A DNA stretch of 64,000 bases, taken from an uncultured Gammaproteobacteria bacterium (lineage in GTDB: Bacteria > Pseudomonadota > Gammaproteobacteria > DRLM01). Each line of letters starts with the position of its first letter. The first letter of the stretch is position 1. The translations under genes and the position numbers were made by a program. Shown here one piece after another: positions 59,703 through 64,000 of the stretch. The stretch spans positions 96,001 through 160,000 of the forward strand of contig CAVSNY010000006.1 in NCBI GenBank assembly GCA_963729605.1, read 5' to 3'. The notes beneath the pieces are model-generated. The model was not told where the DNA came from. It searched no databases and saw only the letters and a program-made list of their open reading frames with translations.

Positions 59703-60185
59703 ATGAGCGATCAACCGGAGTACAACAAAGTCCGCACCTCGGCTCTCGGGGCCGAACTCCACGAGGACGAGGCCAAAGTGCTGGCGGAGACCATGGGCGT
59801 GCGCCGTCTGCGCGACGGCGAACTGCTCACCGCCGAAGGCGGCGCGGCGCAAACCCTGTTCGTGCTCGCCGAGGGCAAGCTCAGCGTGCTCAGCAATATC
59901 GACGGCGTCGATCAACCGGTCTACACCATGACCGAGGGCGAATGCGCCGGCACCCGCGCCTTCGTCGATCGCGCGCCGCGCAAAGCCACCCTGCGCGCCC
60001 TGGGTCCCGCCACGGTCTTCACCCTGGAACCGGACGCCTTCGAATCGCTGCTGGAAGACCACCCGCGCATCGTCTACAAGGTCATGCGCGCCTTGTTCCG
60101 CATCACCCATAGCAATTTGATGCGCATGAATCAGGAAACCCAGCAACTCAGCAATTACATCAACAAGACCCACGGCCGTTATTAA
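59703..60185 (+). CDS. Stand-alone cyclic nucleotide-binding domain protein
   Basis: LFVLAEGKL, GECAG and PRKATLRA; no HTH; RBS aggaga. Confidence 0.8.
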   Translation: MSDQPEYNKVRTSALGAELHEDEAKVLAETMGVRRLRDGELLTAEGGAAQTLFVLAEGKLSVLSNIDGVDQPVYTMTEGECAGTRAFVDRAPRKATLRALGPATVFTLEPDAFESLLEDHPRIVYKVMRALFRITHSNLMRMNQETQQLSNYINKTHGRY

Positions 60186-60223
60186 CCGCGCGGCGTCGCT
60201 CGGCGGCCGCGCGCCGTCCGGGC

Positions 60224-61114
60224 TCAGCCCGGCGGCGGCACGATCGCCAGTTCATAGGCATGGTCGCGGCTGATCAAGCCGCTATGGCGGAACACCCGCA
60301 ATAGGTTTTCATAATCGCCGCGCGGGATGGCCGGCTCGGCGTTCCAACAACCCAGCCGCTGATAGGCATTGATGGTCTCCGTCAACACATTGCGGTGGAT
60401 GGTGGTGAAAAATCCCGCGTCGTGCAGACGCGCCGCGATCTCTTCCGCCGGCGCGGCGATCACATAACCCAGCGACTTGCGATAAGCGCGCATGAAGGCG
60501 CGCGCCAGGTCCGACGCCAGCCATGCGCGCGACGCGCACAAACTGCTGAAGGCCACCGGTCCCACCAGATCGCTCACGACCGCGACCACGAAGGCGTTGC
60601 CCTCGTGCTCCAGTTGCTGCGGCAGCGGGCCTTGCAGATGGACGTAATCCGCCGCCCCGGCGCGAAAGGCCCGCTCCATCGCCTCCACATCGCCGGCGTC
60701 GATCACCTCCAGCGCCGCGTAATCCACGCCGGCGCGATGCAGGGCGTACTTGAACATCGCCAGCGGTTGAAAAAAGTGATCGACCAGCACCCGCTGGCCG
60801 GCGAGTTTGTCCCAGGTGAAGTGCGGATCCGGCCTGCGCGCCGCTATAAAAAAACCGTCGCGGCCGTTGATCTGCGCGAAGTGCACGACGTCCGGCGTCT
60901 CACCGCGCTCCAGCGCCGCGAACGAAGTCGCCACCGCCGATTGCGCGACGTGACACTCCCCGGCGCGGATGGCGTCTATCACACCGCGCTCGGACGTGGC
61001 GACGGAATAACGCGGCTCGAGCCCCTCGTCGCGCAAATACCCGCCCGCGATGGTCAGCAAATAAGGGCTGTAAAACGCCGAATGGCGCAAGGCCATGAGA
61101 TTGATTTGGGTCAT
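60224..61114 (-). CDS. Orphan NMT1/SsuA-like substrate-binding-fold protein without a signal peptide
   Basis: SAFYSP, GYLRDEGL, FAQINGRDGFF and FTWDKLAG motifs. Confidence 0.7.
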   Translation of the reverse strand: MTQINLMALRHSAFYSPYLLTIAGGYLRDEGLEPRYSVATSERGVIDAIRAGECHVAQSAVATSFAALERGETPDVVHFAQINGRDGFFIAARRPDPHFTWDKLAGQRVLVDHFFQPLAMFKYALHRAGVDYAALEVIDAGDVEAMERAFRAGAADYVHLQGPLPQQLEHEGNAFVVAVVSDLVGPVAFSSLCASRAWLASDLARAFMRAYRKSLGYVIAAPAEEIAARLHDAGFFTTIHRNVLTETINAYQRLGCWNAEPAIPRGDYENLLRVFRHSGLISRDHAYELAIVPPPG

Positions 61115-61337
61115 GCTGTTACTCCAGTGCGCCGAAGAACTCGTCGGCAAAAATCATTAGCTGCCAAGGCGCGAAGACGCCAAGAAAAACCATGTACATG
61201 AATAACGAAAACACTCGGCGGTTAAATTCCTCTTTACCATAACAGGCAAGGCGCGGCGAGCATCGGCTGATCAAGCTAGAACCCGGCTTCAAATTGGAAT
61301 ATAGCTCCCAAACCGGACTGACGCATCGTTCTTAACT

Positions 61338-61483
61338 CCCTCTCCCGCGGGCGGGAGAGGGTGGGGGTGAGGGCGCCCGAATGACCGTTATCACTCCGCA
61401 AGAACGCTTTTTCCCATCTCTCCCTTCCCTCACCCTGACGGCTGCGCCCCCCTCGCTGCGCTCTCCCCGCTCGCGGGAGAGGG
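61338..61483. repeat. Inverted doublet of BoxC/REP-like palindromes
   Basis: ccctctcccgcgggcgggagagggtgggggtgaggg ... ccctcaccctgac...ctctccccgctcgcgggagaggg. Confidence 0.8.
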
Positions 61484-61574
61484 ACATGTTCTGAAGTTTT
61501 TTCAGTAGCGGACGGACGTAGTCATGGGTGATCACACCCGCCGACTATTCTCAAAGCCGATGTTGAGATAGGTC

Positions 61575-61958
61575 CTAACGATTGCGCATATGGTCCGCGG
61601 TATTGCTCAATGACTGCAATAATTGTTGCCGCAGCAGGGGATCGATATCGAGTTCCACCAGCGCCTGCCGCATACACGCCATCCAGGCGTCGCGCTCCGC
61701 CGCGCCGATGGGGAACGGCAGATGCCGCGCCCGCAAGCGCGGGTGACCGTACTCTTCGATATACAAAGACGGGCCGCCCAACCAGCCGGAGAGAAACTTG
61801 AACAATTTATCGCGGGAACCCGCCATGTCCGCCGGATGGAGGTCGCGTATCTTTCGCGCCTCCGGCAACGTCTCCATCAAATCATAAAAGCGGTCCACCA
61901 AACGGCGCACCGCCTGCTCACCGCCCAGCCGGGCGTAATGCGATAAATCCGGATTCAC
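61575..61958 (-). CDS. Group II truncated hemoglobin
   Basis: LGGEQAVRRLVDRFY, FLSGWLGGP, GHPRLRARH and ERDAW motifs. Confidence 0.92.
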   Translation of the reverse strand: MNPDLSHYARLGGEQAVRRLVDRFYDLMETLPEARKIRDLHPADMAGSRDKLFKFLSGWLGGPSLYIEEYGHPRLRARHLPFPIGAAERDAWMACMRQALVELDIDPLLRQQLLQSLSNTADHMRNR

Positions 61959-62010
61959 TTCCTACTCCCGTTCAACCCGCTCATCGAATCCCCGCATGAC
62001 CGGCCGCGCG

Positions 62011-62436
62011 TCAATCACCTTCATCCGCGACCCGGCCGCGCAAGGACTTCACTTTACCGCGTTGCCCTTTTTCATCCAAACGCCGCTGCCGCGCGCCCTT
62101 GCTGGGCGCGGTGGCGACGCGCTTTTTATTCACCACCGCGACGCTCCTGATCAATTCCTGCAACCGGCTCAGCGCCTCGTCGCGGTTTTTCTCCTGGCTG
62201 CGGTATTGCTGCGCCTTGATGACGATCACCCCGTCCTTGCTGATGCGTTTATCGCTGAGTTTGAGCAACCGCTGTTTATAAAAATCCGGCAAAGACGAGG
62301 CGCCGACGTCGAAACGCAAATGAATGGCGGTCGAAACCTTGTTGACGTTCTGCCCGCCCGCGCCCTGCGCCCGTATCGCGCTGATTTCGATCTCGGCCTC
62401 GGCGATACTCACGTTATTGGAAATTCGCAACATCAT
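62011..62436 (-). CDS. arfB: Alternative ribosome-rescue factor ArfB
   Basis: RAQGAGGQNVNKV (GGQ), RSQEKNR and a basic C-terminal tail. Confidence 0.92.
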   Translation of the reverse strand: MMLRISNNVSIAEAEIEISAIRAQGAGGQNVNKVSTAIHLRFDVGASSLPDFYKQRLLKLSDKRISKDGVIVIKAQQYRSQEKNRDEALSRLQELIRSVAVVNKKRVATAPSKGARQRRLDEKGQRGKVKSLRGRVADEGD

Positions 62437-62520
62437 TCGATTCCGTTTGCGGGTCCGCAGTCTCAAAATGGATTTGAGCGCATCTTCAGTAGAGACAAAG
62501 CTACTTCTTGCCGATCCATC

Positions 62521-62552
62521 ATCCTTAACCCTCCTCCGCAAGCGGGAGAGGG
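62521..62552. repeat. Degenerate BoxC/REP-like palindrome
   Basis: atccttaaccctcctccgcaagcgggagaggg. Confidence 0.55.
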
Positions 62553-62804
62553 ACGTGTCGTGTCGTGCGCGATCATGCGTACCGGATGTCCTCAATCTCG
62601 ATCGAGATTTCAACGATTCGCCGCTGTAAGGTTCCGTCCCCGGCGGCGACTAACAACCGACATCTTGTTCCCGCGCGCATTATTACACGGCCCGGGTATT
62701 TCGTAGCCGCTTGCAATGTCTCGGCGGCGGCGAGGTCAGAGGAGAGAGCGGGACCAGCGGCGGCTACGGATCGAGGCAGTCCCCATCCCATTTCTTAAGA
62801 GTGC

Positions 62805-63920
62805 ATGACCATGCTGAAAAAAACACTATTCGGATTGGCGTTTACCCTGGCCGGCACCGCCGCGTTGCTACTCTATCCCGCCGCCAACCAGGCCACGTCA
62901 CCGGCGGCGGGCCAGGGGGAACTGGCGCTGGCCACCTTCGCCGGCGGCTGTTTCTGGTGCGTGGAGGCCAATTTCGACAAGGTGCCCGGCGTGGTCAAAA
63001 CCATTTCCGGCTACACCGGCGGCCACCTCGCCGACCCTACCTATGAGCAAGTCTCCGCGGGCGGCACCGGCCACTTGGAGAGCGTGCAAGTCCACTACGA
63101 CCCCAAACGCATCAGTTATGAAGGACTGCTGGCGGCCTTCTGGCGTAGCGTCGATCCCACCGACGGCGGCGGGCAATTCGTCGATCGCGGCCAGCAATAC
63201 ACCACGGCGATTTTCTATCACACCGAACAGCAGAAACTCGCCGCCGAAAAATCCCGCGCGGCCCTCGCCGCCAGCGGCCGCTACCGCGCCCCGCTGGTCA
63301 CGCCGATTCTCGCCGCGGAAAAGTTCTACGCCGCGGAAGATTATCATCAGGACTTTCACACCAAGAGTCCGGTCCGCTACACCTTTTACCGCCACCGCTC
63401 GGGCCGCGACCAGTATCTGGAAAAGACCTGGGGCAAGGAGCTGAAAGTGAACTATCGGCAATACACGCCCGCCGACACCGCCCGTTATCACAAACCCGCC
63501 GACGCGGAATTGCGCAAGCGCCTCACCAAACTGCAATACGACGTCACCCAGCACGAGGCCACCGAACCGCCCTACAAAAACCCATACTGGGACGAGAAGC
63601 GCGCGGGGATTTACGTGGACATCGTCAGCGGCGAACCCCTGTTCTCCTCCGCCGACAAATTCGATTCCGGCACCGGCTGGCCCAGCTTCACCCGGCCGCT
63701 GGATACCTCGCTGATCGTCGAGAAACTCGATTTCGTGCTGTTCATCCCGCGCACCGAAGTGCGCAGCCGTTACGGCGACTCGCACCTCGGCCACGTCTTC
63801 GAGGACGGTCCCGCGCCCACCGGCCTGCGTTATTGCATCAACTCGGCGGCCTTGCGCTTCATTCCCAAGGACGCGCTGGCCAAGGAAGGTTGCGCCCAAT
63901 ACGCGGCCTTGTTTCAATAA
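62805..63920 (+). CDS. msrAB: Exported bifunctional methionine sulfoxide reductase MsrA/MsrB
   Basis: Signal peptide; GGCFWC and AEDYHQ (MsrA); [14 protein letters not shown] and RYCINS (MsrB). Confidence 0.94.
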   Translation: MTMLKKTLFGLAFTLAGTAALLLYPAANQATSPAAGQGELALATFAGGCFWCVEANFDKVPGVVKTISGYTGGHLADPTYEQVSAGGTGHLESVQVHYDPKRISYEGLLAAFWRSVDPTDGGGQFVDRGQQYTTAIFYHTEQQKLAAEKSRAALAASGRYRAPLVTPILAAEKFYAAEDYHQDFHTKSPVRYTFYRHRSGRDQYLEKTWGKELKVNYRQYTPADTARYHKPADAELRKRLTKLQYDVTQHEATEPPYKNPYWDEKRAGIYVDIVSGEPLFSSADKFDSGTGWPSFTRPLDTSLIVEKLDFVLFIPRTEVRSRYGDSHLGHVFEDGPAPTGLRYCINSAALRFIPKDALAKEGCAQYAALFQ

Positions 63921-64000
63921 GGCGGGACGGCCAAGAGCCGGCGATCTCCTTTAAAAAAACGCCGGCTCGTCATGCCTGCCGCAAGTGACGCGACCGGGAC

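Noticed and set aside
61160-61230. gccaaggcgcgaagacgccaag short repeat remnant
   Set aside because: Too degenerate, with no clear inverted partner

Overview
High-GC proteobacterial chromosome segment, most likely a gammaproteobacterium (yebC-ruvCAB-ybgC-tolQRAB-pal-cpoB-queEC-tRNA-Lys synteny; gltX with tRNA-Ala, -Glu and -Val). Left to right: (1) a metal-uptake block (frameshifted OprB-type porin, DUF4198, copC, copD); (2) an IclR-linked operon of a phosphoketolase-like ThDP enzyme, a DUF1537 four-carbon acid-sugar kinase and glcDEF; (3) an APS reductase-type cysH and a TatT-containing TRAP transporter; (4) a sigma54- and ANTAR-controlled nitrate/nitrite (or cyanate) uptake cluster with two ANTAR RNA leaders; (5) pirin/LysR, PEP-CTERM, cold-shock, O-methyltransferase, YceI/LysR, RluA and catalase-like genes; (6) a decayed islet at tRNA-Val (hipBA with four operator-like repeats, hsdR and ATPase remnants); (7) a second phosphoketolase with ackA; (8) truncated nhaD, DUF523/1722, DUF3047 and a CHASE-PAS-GGDEF-EAL protein; (9) the tol-pal/ruv region, split between ruvA and ruvB by a 3 kb decayed SNF2/type III restriction islet that keeps an intact Fic gene and a convergent candidate antitoxin; (10) cNMP-binding protein, orphan binding protein, truncated globin, arfB and msrAB. 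Several small palindromic or MITE-like repeat families are scattered through the window. The best candidate for an undescribed system is the ThDP enzyme + DUF1537 kinase + glcDEF operon, whose chemistry fits a glycolate/glyoxylate salvage route through 3-oxo-tetronate (inference). All calls are by motif recognition only; no database searches were run.
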